Origin: a virus
Taxonomy: Duplodnaviria; Caudoviricetes
DNA length: 49,305 nucleotides
Strand: one strand, 5' to 3'
Virus record (IMG/VR): IMGVR_UViG_3300032024_000106
Location: 1-49,305 of that record
The notes beneath the pieces were generated by a model. It searched no databases and was not told the origin of the DNA. It saw only the letters and a list, made by a program, of their open reading frames with translations. The position numbers were made by a program, and so were the translations under genes. Positions within the stretch are counted from its first letter, which is position 1, and each line of letters starts with the position of its first letter. Positions 1 through 7,364 of this stretch are shown piece by piece.

Positions 1-171
1 TACGCCAACGGCCGCGATCAGGCCAAATCCAGCTGGCACTGGTTGAAGCCCCAGTACGCTCATGACGGCGCTTTTGCCTGGGCTCAGATCTTCGGCGACG
101 GCGACCAGATCTTCAGCCACAAGTCGAGTGAGCTGGAGGTCGTCCTCGTCCGCAGAGTGCCTATTCAATAA
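1..171 (+). CDS. 3' end of DGR1 target gene A (C-type-lectin-fold/DUF1566-like variable protein), 5'-truncated by the window edge
   Basis: Frame 1 reads YANGRDQAKSSWHWLKPQYAHDGAFAWAQIFGDGDQIFSHKSSELEVVLVRRVPIQ*. It contains a VR and is paralogous to the C-terminus of 40078-40677 (WYWLKDQ...ELEVVLVRRVSIR). Confidence 0.85.
   Translation, partial: YANGRDQAKSSWHWLKPQYAHDGAFAWAQIFGDGDQIFSHKSSELEVVLVRRVPIQ
51..156 (+). repeat. DGR1 variable repeat VR-A
   Basis: Aligns ungapped to TR 771-876 with 11 mismatches, all at TR adenines. Confidence 0.97.
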
Positions 172-207
172 TTCAACCATTCGATAATTCATAAAGGTTT
201 TTCCAGC

Positions 208-600
208 GTGGCTCTCCACACCAGTACCGAAATTTACGCGGCCAGCTTCGATCTGCTTGGCGAAGCCGTAAGTGTGATTTTGCAGATGCGGCGCGATGCC
301 AAGGCCCTACTGGGCAATAAAATCATCGACGGCTGCATTGCACTGGATCTCCACATCCGCGCGGCCAATATGGCGGATGACAAGGAGCCCGAACTGCAGC
401 GTCTGCTCGAGCGGCTCGAAGTCATCGAGCTGGTCGCGCGGACCTGCAGGGATCGGGGTTATATCTCACCCAAGGCCTATGCCCGCCTGGTCGCACGCAC
501 GCAGTCGATCGGCAAGCAGGCCAACGGGTGGCGGAAGAGCCAGGGCGGCGCGCAACAACGCCTGTTTCCTGATCGCCAAGGTGGTCAGGACCGTGCGTAA
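208..600 (+). CDS. avd: DGR1 accessory variability determinant (Avd-like four-helix bundle)
   Basis: 130 aa helical protein (MALHTSTEIY...SIGKQANGWRK) located between a VR and the TR, the usual position of avd. Confidence 0.85.
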   Translation: MALHTSTEIYAASFDLLGEAVSVILQMRRDAKALLGNKIIDGCIALDLHIRAANMADDKEPELQRLLERLEVIELVARTCRDRGYISPKAYARLVARTQSIGKQANGWRKSQGGAQQRLFPDRQGGQDRA

Positions 601-768
601 TTTTAATCTGGTCGTGCCGCTGTCGCCGGAATCCGGCGCCACCGTCAAGCGCGCAACGGATACCTCCGGCCAACAGGATCTGTTCGGCCGGGACGAGTCT
701 GGCGCAGTCGCCCCGCTGATCGGCGCAGCACCCGGCCTTCGGCGCGGCGACGTGGATAGCACGAATGG

Positions 769-876
769 ACCCAGTACGCTCATAACGACGCTTATGCCTG
801 GGCTCAGAACTTCGGCAACGGCAACCAGAACAACAACCACAAGTCGAATGAGCTGGAGGTCGTCCTCGTCCGCAGA
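769..876 (+). repeat. DGR1 template repeat (TR1)
   Basis: Contains 7 AAC codons and 1 AAT codon in the target frame. Three VRs differ from it only at its adenines. Confidence 0.97.
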
Positions 877-2005
877 TCAAAACGCCGCCGAATCTCGCCC
901 AGGCCACGCTGGCTTTTCTTTCGCGGAGTGGGTGTCTGCCTACCTCGCCTGCCGGCGCACCAAGCGCCGCAAACAGAGCGCCATGGCCTTCGAGATGGAC
1001 CAGGAGACCCAGCTCTACAAGCTGCACACTGATCTCGCCGCTGGTACCTACCGGCCCGGCCCGTCGACGTGCTTTATCATCACCCGCCCGCGGCCGCGCG
1101 AAGTGTGGGCCGCGGAATTCCGCGATCGCATCGTCCACCATCTGCTTTACAACGCGATCGGCCCCACCATCGAGCGCACCTTCATCGCCGACAGCTGCGC
1201 TTGCATCCCCGGGCGCAGCACCCTGTATGCGGTAGAACGCCTCGAACGCAAGGTCCGCAGCATCACCCGCAACTGGTCGCGGCCGGTGTTTTATCTCAAG
1301 ATGGACGTGGAAAATTTCTTCGTCTCGATCGACAAGGCCATCCTGGCCGGCCAGCTCCGCGCTCGTATCCGCGACCCGCTGCTGCTCGACCTTGCCCTGC
1401 AGATCCTTTGGCATGATCCGCGGCCCGGCGCGATTCACCAGAGCACCGCGAAACTGAGGGCCCGCGTCCCGCCGCACAAACGCCTGTCCGAAGCGCCCGC
1501 CGGCAAAGGCCTGCCGATCGGCAACCTATCCAGCCAGTTTTTCGCCAACATCTACCTCGATGCGCTGGACCAGTTCGTCAAGCACCAACTGCGCTGCAAG
1601 CACTACATCCGCTACGTCGATGATTTCATTTTGCTGCATGAATCCACGCAGCAGCTCAACGCCTGGCGCCGCGAGATCGAGAAATTCCTGACGGCGCACC
1701 TGCAGATCCACATCAACCCGGCCAAGACCATCCTGCAGCCGGTCGGCCGCGGCATCGACTTCGTCGGCCAGGTGATCAAGCCCTGGCGCACCACCCTGCG
1801 CCGGCGCACTTATCGCAACGCCCTGCATCGCACAGCAACCATCAACGCCCATGTGCTGCTCAAGACCGCCAACAGCTACTTCGGCCTGCTGCGCCAGGCC
1901 AACCACAGCCACCACGACCGGGCGCGACTGGCGAACGTGCTGCGCGATCGCGGGCACTGCGTCGATGGCGGTTTTACCAAGACATTCAGGAGGGCGAAGG
2001 CATGA
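848..2005 (+). CDS. DGR1 reverse transcriptase (start uncertain: ATG 848, GTG 593 or ATG 983)
   Basis: RT motifs REVWAAEFRDRIVHH, YLKMDVENFF, GLPIGNLSSQFFAN (DGR-type SQ), YIRYVDDF and GIDFVG. Adjacent to TR1 and avd. Confidence 0.95.
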   Translation: MSWRSSSSADQNAAESRPGHAGFSFAEWVSAYLACRRTKRRKQSAMAFEMDQETQLYKLHTDLAAGTYRPGPSTCFIITRPRPREVWAAEFRDRIVHHLLYNAIGPTIERTFIADSCACIPGRSTLYAVERLERKVRSITRNWSRPVFYLKMDVENFFVSIDKAILAGQLRARIRDPLLLDLALQILWHDPRPGAIHQSTAKLRARVPPHKRLSEAPAGKGLPIGNLSSQFFANIYLDALDQFVKHQLRCKHYIRYVDDFILLHESTQQLNAWRREIEKFLTAHLQIHINPAKTILQPVGRGIDFVGQVIKPWRTTLRRRTYRNALHRTATINAHVLLKTANSYFGLLRQANHSHHDRARLANVLRDRGHCVDGGFTKTFRRAKA

Positions 2006-2256
2006 GCACCGAATCAATGCGCCGGGTCGCAACCGAGATTCTGAAACTCACCACCGCGGCCAATCTGACGATCGCCGAGTGCGCGGACATCCACATCCGC
2101 CTGCTCATTAGCCTGGGAATCGAGGCCGCCAATGGCGATCAAGTCAAGGCGGCCGACATCCTGGAACCGTCGGTTCAACAATTTATTTCAGAACTGCGCG
2201 CCGGTAAAGTCATCGTCGCTGATAAAGTGCGCCGCGGCCGGGTGGCGGACTCATGA
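2002..2256 (+). CDS. hypothetical protein
   Basis: 84 aa ORF with an ATGA overlap on the RT stop codon. Confidence 0.65.
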   Translation: MSTESMRRVATEILKLTTAANLTIAECADIHIRLLISLGIEAANGDQVKAADILEPSVQQFISELRAGKVIVADKVRRGRVADS

Positions 2257-2282
2257 CCCCCGCCCAAACTCGATACAAATAA

Positions 2283-2498
2283 ATGAGCCTGTTCCTCACC
2301 CCCGAAGAGATTGCCGACCTCACCGGCTTTAAACGCCGCAAGGAGCAAATCGCCTGGCTCAAGGGAAAGGGATACAAACACGAAATCAACCACCGCCGCG
2401 AGATCATCGTCGCGCGCGCCCATGTCGAGCATCGTTTGGGCGCCGGCGCCCCGCCCGCTCCGGAGCCCGACTTTACGGTTTTCCAGCATCAGGCGTAA
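2283..2498 (+). CDS. xis: excisionase-like protein (DUF4224-like)
   Basis: FLTPEEIADLTGFKRRKEQIAWL motif, immediately upstream of the integrase. Confidence 0.75.
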   Translation: MSLFLTPEEIADLTGFKRRKEQIAWLKGKGYKHEINHRREIIVARAHVEHRLGAGAPPAPEPDFTVFQHQA

Positions 2499-2509
2499 GA
2501 TAACCCGCC

Positions 2510-3559
2510 ATGCCCCGCCGCCGCCTCACCGATCTGCACCTGCCGACCCGCGTTTATTTCAAGGACGGCCGCTATCGCTATCTGGATCCTGCGAACAAGT
2601 GGCACACGCTGGGTCGGGAATGGGACAGGGCGGCCCGCGACAAGCATGATGCCCTATCCCGCGACATCGCTCCTCCGCAGACCGTCACCGCGCTGCTGGA
2701 CGCCTTCCTGAAGCACCGGGAGGGCCAGGTGCGCGCCGGCGAGGCCGCCATGCGCACCCTGGTCGACAACGAGCAGGAAGCCAAGACACTGCGCCTGGTG
2801 TTCGGCCAAATGCCCGCCGGTGCCGTCAAACGCCAGCACGTCGCCCGTTATCTGCGCGAGCGTACCGATCGCGCCGGCAAACCGGCGCCGGTGCGCGCCA
2901 ACCGTGAAGCCGCGCTGCTTTCCTCAGCCTACAGCTGGGCGATGGGATTGCGGGAATGGGATATCAATGAGAATCCATGCTACGGCGTGAGGCGCAACAA
3001 GGAACGGCCGCGGAGCCGCTATATCGACACCAGCGAACTAGCTAGGTGGAAACCGCACGCACCCAAGTGGCTGCGCGGGTATGCGCTGCTGAAACGCCTG
3101 AGCGGCGCCAGGCAATGCGAAATGCTGAGCCTGTCGAAAGCCAGCCTGGCCGACCGCGGGATCCGCTTCGAGATCAGCAAGACCGCCCGCGTGAAGATCG
3201 TGCGCTGGTCCTGGGCGTTGCGCCGGACCGTCGACGCCCTGCTCGCGCTCCACAAGCCGCCGCGCCGCGATTCCGATGACAAGGTGATCGAGTTCCCGAA
3301 ACCGCCCGAGCTGCAGCCGCTATTCGTTTCACGATCAAGGAATGCCATGACCTCCCATGGCTTCAAGAGCGCCTGGGCGCGGTCAATGGCCGACTATATG
3401 GGCGCCGGCGGTAAACGATTCAGGGAAAATGACATCCGCGCAAAGAGCGCCTCAGACCTGTCGACCGGCCGCGCACAGGAGCTGCTCGATCACGCAAGCC
3501 CGGCGATCACGCGGCGGACTTACCAGCGCGCACCGGTGAAGGTGCGGCCGTTGCGCTGA
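2510..3559 (+). CDS. int: tyrosine recombinase/phage integrase
   Basis: Catalytic-type motifs GAR, SKT, NDIR (HxxR with H replaced by N), LLDH and TYQR. N-terminal LPTRVY arm-binding region. Followed by a tRNA fragment. Confidence 0.92.
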   Translation: MPRRRLTDLHLPTRVYFKDGRYRYLDPANKWHTLGREWDRAARDKHDALSRDIAPPQTVTALLDAFLKHREGQVRAGEAAMRTLVDNEQEAKTLRLVFGQMPAGAVKRQHVARYLRERTDRAGKPAPVRANREAALLSSAYSWAMGLREWDINENPCYGVRRNKERPRSRYIDTSELARWKPHAPKWLRGYALLKRLSGARQCEMLSLSKASLADRGIRFEISKTARVKIVRWSWALRRTVDALLALHKPPRRDSDDKVIEFPKPPELQPLFVSRSRNAMTSHGFKSAWARSMADYMGAGGKRFRENDIRAKSASDLSTGRAQELLDHASPAITRRTYQRAPVKVRPLR

Positions 3560-3623
3560 AATCTATAATACGTGATTTTATATATTATAGATTTCAGAAA
3601 ACCGCACCGCTAAGTGCTTGATT

Positions 3624-3670
3624 TGGGGTGGCTGATGGGACTCGAACCCACGACAACCGGAATCACAATC
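3624..3670 (-). other. att core (probably attP): 3' 47 nt of tRNA-His(GTG)
   Basis: Minus strand reads GATTGTGATTCCGGTTGTCGTGGGTTCGAGTCCCATCAGCCACCCCA (anticodon loop, T-arm, CCA). The 5' half of the tRNA is absent. The site is directly downstream of int, with phage genes on both sides. Confidence 0.9.
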
Positions 3671-3808
3671 TAGATTATTGATGCTGATTTTAAACGGGAA
3701 TTTTAAAGAACCTATAAATCGTTGGTCAGCATATCATTGGATTGAGGAGAGATCGCGCCGCGCTGCGGCGCCGAGGCCGCGCGCGGCTTAGTGGCAGATG
3801 ATGCGACG

Positions 3809-3949
3809 ATGAAAAAGCACATATGGGACGGCGACGACGCAATACTGCAGGCGCCGGTCGATGCCGATGTGGCCGCCCGGATCAGGGAAGAGATCGATCG
3901 CAAGAAGCTACGGGAGCGTGGAATGCTGCAACCGGGATCGCGTAATTAA
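3809..3949 (+). CDS. possible small hypothetical protein (46 aa)
   Basis: ORF MKKHIWDGDDAILQAPVDADVAARIREEIDRKKLRERG..., below the ORF-track length cut-off, with no clear RBS. Confidence 0.3.
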   Translation: MKKHIWDGDDAILQAPVDADVAARIREEIDRKKLRERGMLQPGSRN

Positions 3950-4039
3950 TTACACTCAAAAGGCCTGCACGGTAAAGAGTATTGGCCGAGAACCAAGTGC
4001 CCGATCAGTAAAAAAACCGCCTTTCGCCTGAAAATATAT

Positions 4040-4091
4040 CACGCATTGCGTGTATTAAATAGCTTGCAAATATACGCAATGCGTGTATAAT
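4040..4091 (+). promoter_or_regulatory. sigma70-type promoter with two palindromic operators
   Basis: TTGCAA (4064-4069), 16 nt spacer, TATAAT (4086-4091). Palindromes CACGCATTGCGTG (4040-4052) and TACGCAATGCGTG (4073-4085). Confidence 0.75.
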
Positions 4092-4099
4092 TCAAATTG

Positions 4100-4175
4100 T
4101 GGAGGGGGCGGTCAGGTGACAGAAGCGGACTTTAGACCTTGCAACTCCGGATTCGAGTTCCGGCGCCTCCAACCA
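4100..4175 (+). ncRNA. atypical tRNA-like element (possible UUA anticodon; pseudo-tRNA or suppressor-like)
   Basis: Acceptor-like stem (T)GGAGGGG/CGCCTCC(A) with one G.G mismatch, T-arm CCGGA-TTCGAGT-TCCGG, 3' ACCA, short D-like arm GTC-AGGT-GAC, and loop CTTTAGA on an imperfect stem. Confidence 0.5.
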
Positions 4176-4215
4176 CAAACCCGCGCCTCGGGGAATCAGG
4201 GGTCAAGGAGTAAAG

Positions 4216-4695
4216 ATGGAAGCAGTTGAAAAGTTGGATGCAGCAATCTACGAACGCGCCGCCAAGCTTGTCCGCAGCGGCAAAACACATCCTCCGATCA
4301 TCATCATGGACACCGGCCATCCCGGGAAGCCGTGGAAGGTTATCGATGTGTCGGGGAAAATGGGAAACGAAGCCGAAAAGGACATGGTCGCAGAACTGAT
4401 CGATCTGCTCAGCCTGCACCCTTCCGTGGCGATCGTTGCGTTCGTGAGTGAGGCTTGGATGGTGACCGATCCCAAAGCGATGGCGGAAGGCGTGAGGCCG
4501 TCGCAGCATCCAAACCGGGTTGAATGTGTCGTGGTGTCGTTCTCGATCGGCAACAGTCGGCGGGCCATCAATACGCATCGCATCGTGCGTAATGCAGGCA
4601 AGCGCCCTCGGCTGGAACGTGGCCAACTGCAAATCGAGAACGACGAAGCCAAGTTTGAAGGCCGGTTTTTCGCGGAGCGCAGGCTGGCTCATTGA
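4216..4695 (+). CDS. hypothetical moron protein
   Basis: 159 aa, strong RBS (AAGGAG), VAFVSEAWMV motif. Confidence 0.8.
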   Translation: MEAVEKLDAAIYERAAKLVRSGKTHPPIIIMDTGHPGKPWKVIDVSGKMGNEAEKDMVAELIDLLSLHPSVAIVAFVSEAWMVTDPKAMAEGVRPSQHPNRVECVVVSFSIGNSRRAINTHRIVRNAGKRPRLERGQLQIENDEAKFEGRFFAERRLAH

Positions 4696-4741
4696 TTGAT
4701 TAACTGATAGGCGGCTCGGGAGAAATCCCGGGCTGTACAAC

Positions 4742-5158
4742 ATGACATATGCTGTCTTGTGGATGCTGAACGGCCGCGTGCCGGAGCCCTGCCTCGATCT
4801 CGATCGGTGGACAAGGTGGATCGAGAAGGCCGACATGACGATCGCGCAAACGAAACTGATGGCAGGCGACCTGCTGATCGCCACTATATTCCGGCCATTT
4901 CAGGCTCAGTGCGGGGCATTTTCTCCACCGCCGATGCTGTTCAAAACCGTGGTTTATGGCGAGTCGCACCTAGGCGAATTGCATGGACGGCCGGCAGCGA
5001 GGCGCGACCGCATCGAGGCCCGTTGTTACGCCACATGGGGAGAAGCCGAGCAAGGCCACGCGGAGATCGTGGAGCGATATCGGCGCCTGGTTGAGAACGT
5101 GAAGAGCGCCGCGGCCGCGGCAATGGCCAAACCCGCGACAAAGCGCGGAGCGATATAA
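4742..5158 (+). CDS. hypothetical moron protein
   Basis: 138 aa with PMLFKTVVYG...RCYATWGEAEQGHAEIV, a motif type seen in small phage proteins. Coupled to the next gene. Confidence 0.7.
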   Translation: MTYAVLWMLNGRVPEPCLDLDRWTRWIEKADMTIAQTKLMAGDLLIATIFRPFQAQCGAFSPPPMLFKTVVYGESHLGELHGRPAARRDRIEARCYATWGEAEQGHAEIVERYRRLVENVKSAAAAAMAKPATKRGAI

Positions 5159-5391
5159 TGGATACCATCATGCCCCATGCGAATCGCAGCAAAAACCGCA
5201 CGGCCGCCAGCAACCCAACGCCGGCGCAAATCGTCGCGGCCCGCGAAAAGGCCAAGCTTACGCAGACGGCCGCGGCCGACGTGATCCGCGGATCACTCCG
5301 CGCATGGCAGGACTATGAGGGTGGGCAGCGTCGCATGCACCCCGGTCTGTGGGAGCTATTTCGCATCAAGACCGGGCAGATCGACGATTGA
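5158..5391 (+). CDS. XRE-family HTH transcriptional regulator
   Basis: AREKAKLTQTAAADVIRGSLRAWQDYEGGQRRM is an HTH_3-type signature. Confidence 0.85.
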   Translation: MDTIMPHANRSKNRTAASNPTPAQIVAAREKAKLTQTAAADVIRGSLRAWQDYEGGQRRMHPGLWELFRIKTGQIDD

Positions 5392-5420
5392 AAAGAAACG
5401 GCCCGCGCAAGGCGGGCCGT
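5391..5420 (-). terminator. intrinsic terminator between the convergent moron and lysis genes
   Basis: Stem ACGGCCCGC/GCGGGCCGT (5398-5420), followed by TTCTTTT on the minus strand. Confidence 0.7.
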
Positions 5421-5482
5421 GGTGGATCAGGTGACGGACTTTAGACCGGGGATATGATGCACCCGCCGGGGCCGGATGTCAA

Positions 5483-6067
5483 CTAAGGCCCGTTTATGGT
5501 GGCCCTGTCCGCATTGATCACGGCTTGGCAGGAGCCGAGCTGTCGGGTGACGTCGTCGGCTTCGTTGGCGAGCTCGAGAAGAAATCGAGAAGCCGCTGGC
5601 GAAAGTTGGCCTCCCGCTCGACCATCACACTTGCCGGCGCTGGCGCCAGCTTCGCTCCCGGGACGCTGACCACCTGAGTCGGCGCCGGCGGCAGTTTGTC
5701 CGGGGTCGCGCAGCTTGATAGTCCCAGCGACAACAGCAGCGATATCATGATCACGTTGGTCTTTTGCACGTTGCACCTCCTGTAAGCGTTTGGTTTCGAT
5801 GGCGTCCATGTCGGCCTGGTGCGCCTGTTCCTTGGCGCGAGCTGCGGTATGCAGGGTCTGGATCTCGATGTTGGCCAGGCGTAGCGCCTCGTTGTCCCGC
5901 TTGGCGTACTTGGCCTCGGATTCCTTCACGCCGCGGTCGTAGCCCTTCTGGTCGACGCCGGTCAGGTAGCTCGTCACGCCATAAACTAGCCCGGACAACA
6001 GGCCGAGCAGCGCAAGGCCGCCAATCACGACGAGCCATAAATCTGCGATGCCGCGTTGCTTGTTCAT
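5483..6067 (-). CDS. i-spanin (Rz-like)
   Basis: N-terminal TM helix, coiled-coil body, C-terminal ELANEADDVTRQLGSCQAVI, with an embedded lipoprotein ORF. Confidence 0.85.
   Translation of the reverse strand: MNKQRGIADLWLVVIGGLALLGLLSGLVYGVTSYLTGVDQKGYDRGVKESEAKYAKRDNEALRLANIEIQTLHTAARAKEQAHQADMDAIETKRLQEVQRAKDQRDHDIAAVVAGTIKLRDPGQTAAGADSGGQRPGSEAGASAGKCDGRAGGQLSPAASRFLLELANEADDVTRQLGSCQAVINADRATINGP
5518..5748 (-). CDS. o-spanin (Rz1-like lipoprotein) embedded in the i-spanin gene
   Basis: MISLLLSLGLSSC lipobox followed by a Pro-rich segment, in a different frame inside the Rz-like gene. Confidence 0.8.
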   Translation of the reverse strand: MISLLLSLGLSSCATPDKLPPAPTQVVSVPGAKLAPAPASVMVEREANFRQRLLDFFSSSPTKPTTSPDSSAPAKP

Positions 6068-6267
6068 GTCAGCGCCTTAATGAGCGCCCAAACGAACAGG
6101 GCGCAGGTTGAGACAAAAGCGAAGCCTCCAGCCAACAGCACCAACAGGCCCGCTCCAAAGTTATCCCCGGCACGGTCCACGGCTTTATAGGCCCACCACG
6201 TAAGCAGCCACAGGACAACGGTTACTGCGAGCAGTATTTTCATTTGATGGCCGTCACCGATTGACAC
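6064..6267 (-). CDS. small two-TM membrane protein
   Basis: 67 aa with two hydrophobic helices. Its stop overlaps the start of the i-spanin gene. Confidence 0.55.
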   Translation of the reverse strand: MSIGDGHQMKILLAVTVVLWLLTWWAYKAVDRAGDNFGAGLLVLLAGGFAFVSTCALFVWALIKALT

Positions 6268-6613
6268 ACAGCAAACCCGCTGGTGTGAGGCGAATACATG
6301 GGGGCTGCTTTCGCTTCACAGGCTTCCCGCGTCAAGTAGGCGTCCAAGATCAACGGAGTAGGTGCGCCAGTTACCCAAAAAACCAACAGGAAAATTGTTT
6401 GTGGAGACATCTATATAATTCCCAATCAGTTAAAGAAATACGGCATGCGCCGATAACAACCCTCTTCCAAATGCGCGGAGTCGTAATCTCTTTGATGCCT
6501 TTTGCCGTAGTGTGATTCCTTCAGGCTTATCGTGCCGTCCACGGCGAAAGGTTTGCCGATCGGCTGGGCCGTGATCGGCTTGGGGTCCACATTGGACTTT
6601 GGGCGATGCGCTT

Positions 6614-7093
6614 TCATGCCGCACCCCACGGCGCCGGGTTTCCAGCTATCGCATCAGCGGTCGATGGAATGTAAACCAGCTTGCCAGAACGCGGCGGTAC
6701 GGATTGCAGATGCACCCAGCCGCCCCCGCCTTTCTTCCATGCCGTCCAGCGCGGATCTTCCATATACAGGCCCAGGTCACGCAGCCGGTCAAGGTTCGCC
6801 ATGCACCAGCTCGCCAGCCGGCGGCCTGGATCGTGGGTATCAACGGCCTTCCCCTTTTTATGAGTGCTGTCTGGTGCGCCGATTGGGCACGCCTGCGGCC
6901 GCCAGCCTCCATTTTGGTCGCCTGATACCATCGTCCCGGTGACCGGGTTGACTTGCGGTTTCCACCCATCGGCCACGGCATAGGCCATCAGCGCACCGTG
7001 CTTGGCCAGAAGGTCTGCGGCATTGGCCTCGATCTCCGGCGTGATCTCCGGGTATCCGGCGTAGGCTTTGAAATAATCGGCTAGGCTGATCAT
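6614..7093 (-). CDS. endolysin, peptidase M15-like
   Basis: GGWRP...STHKKGKAVD...WVHLQ zinc-peptidase motifs, within the lysis cassette. Confidence 0.85.
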   Translation of the reverse strand: MISLADYFKAYAGYPEITPEIEANAADLLAKHGALMAYAVADGWKPQVNPVTGTMVSGDQNGGWRPQACPIGAPDSTHKKGKAVDTHDPGRRLASWCMANLDRLRDLGLYMEDPRWTAWKKGGGGWVHLQSVPPRSGKLVYIPSTADAIAGNPAPWGAA

Positions 7094-7362
7094 GATTTAA
7101 TCTCTGTCGATGGTGGACCCCGTCGGTCGGCCCAGACATAGAACGCTACGCAGACGGCAAACACGGCATGCGGCCAGTTGAGCGCAAAGCCCACCCATGG
7201 CGAAAAAAGAACCGCGAGCGCGCTGGTAGCCATTGCCGCGAATGCGGCGCGAACAATACACGGAACGCAGCGTGAATTGATTCGGTTTGCGCAGCCCACC
7301 ATGCGCACCAGAACCGCGATCGCAGCAATCTGCGCGACAATTGTCCAGGTCAAGGTATTCAT
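7090..7362 (-). CDS. holin-like membrane protein
   Basis: 90 aa, three hydrophobic segments, directly upstream of the endolysin. Confidence 0.6.
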   Translation of the reverse strand: MNTLTWTIVAQIAAIAVLVRMVGCANRINSRCVPCIVRAAFAAMATSALAVLFSPWVGFALNWPHAVFAVCVAFYVWADRRGPPSTEIKS

Positions 7363-7364
7363 GA

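Noticed and set aside
296-592. Start of the 569-aa ORF at 296 as the true RT1 start
   Set aside because: It overlaps most of avd in another frame and the translation is not protein-like. Plausible starts are 593, 848 or 983.
3624-3670. Functional tRNA-His gene
   Set aside because: Only the 3' half is present; the D-arm and 5' acceptor strand are missing, so it is an att core.
6261-6629. Short ORFs between the endolysin and spanin genes
   Set aside because: Several overlapping 64-84 aa ORFs with no motif or clear RBS; none could be supported, although the AT-rich patch at about 6370-6440 may hold a promoter.
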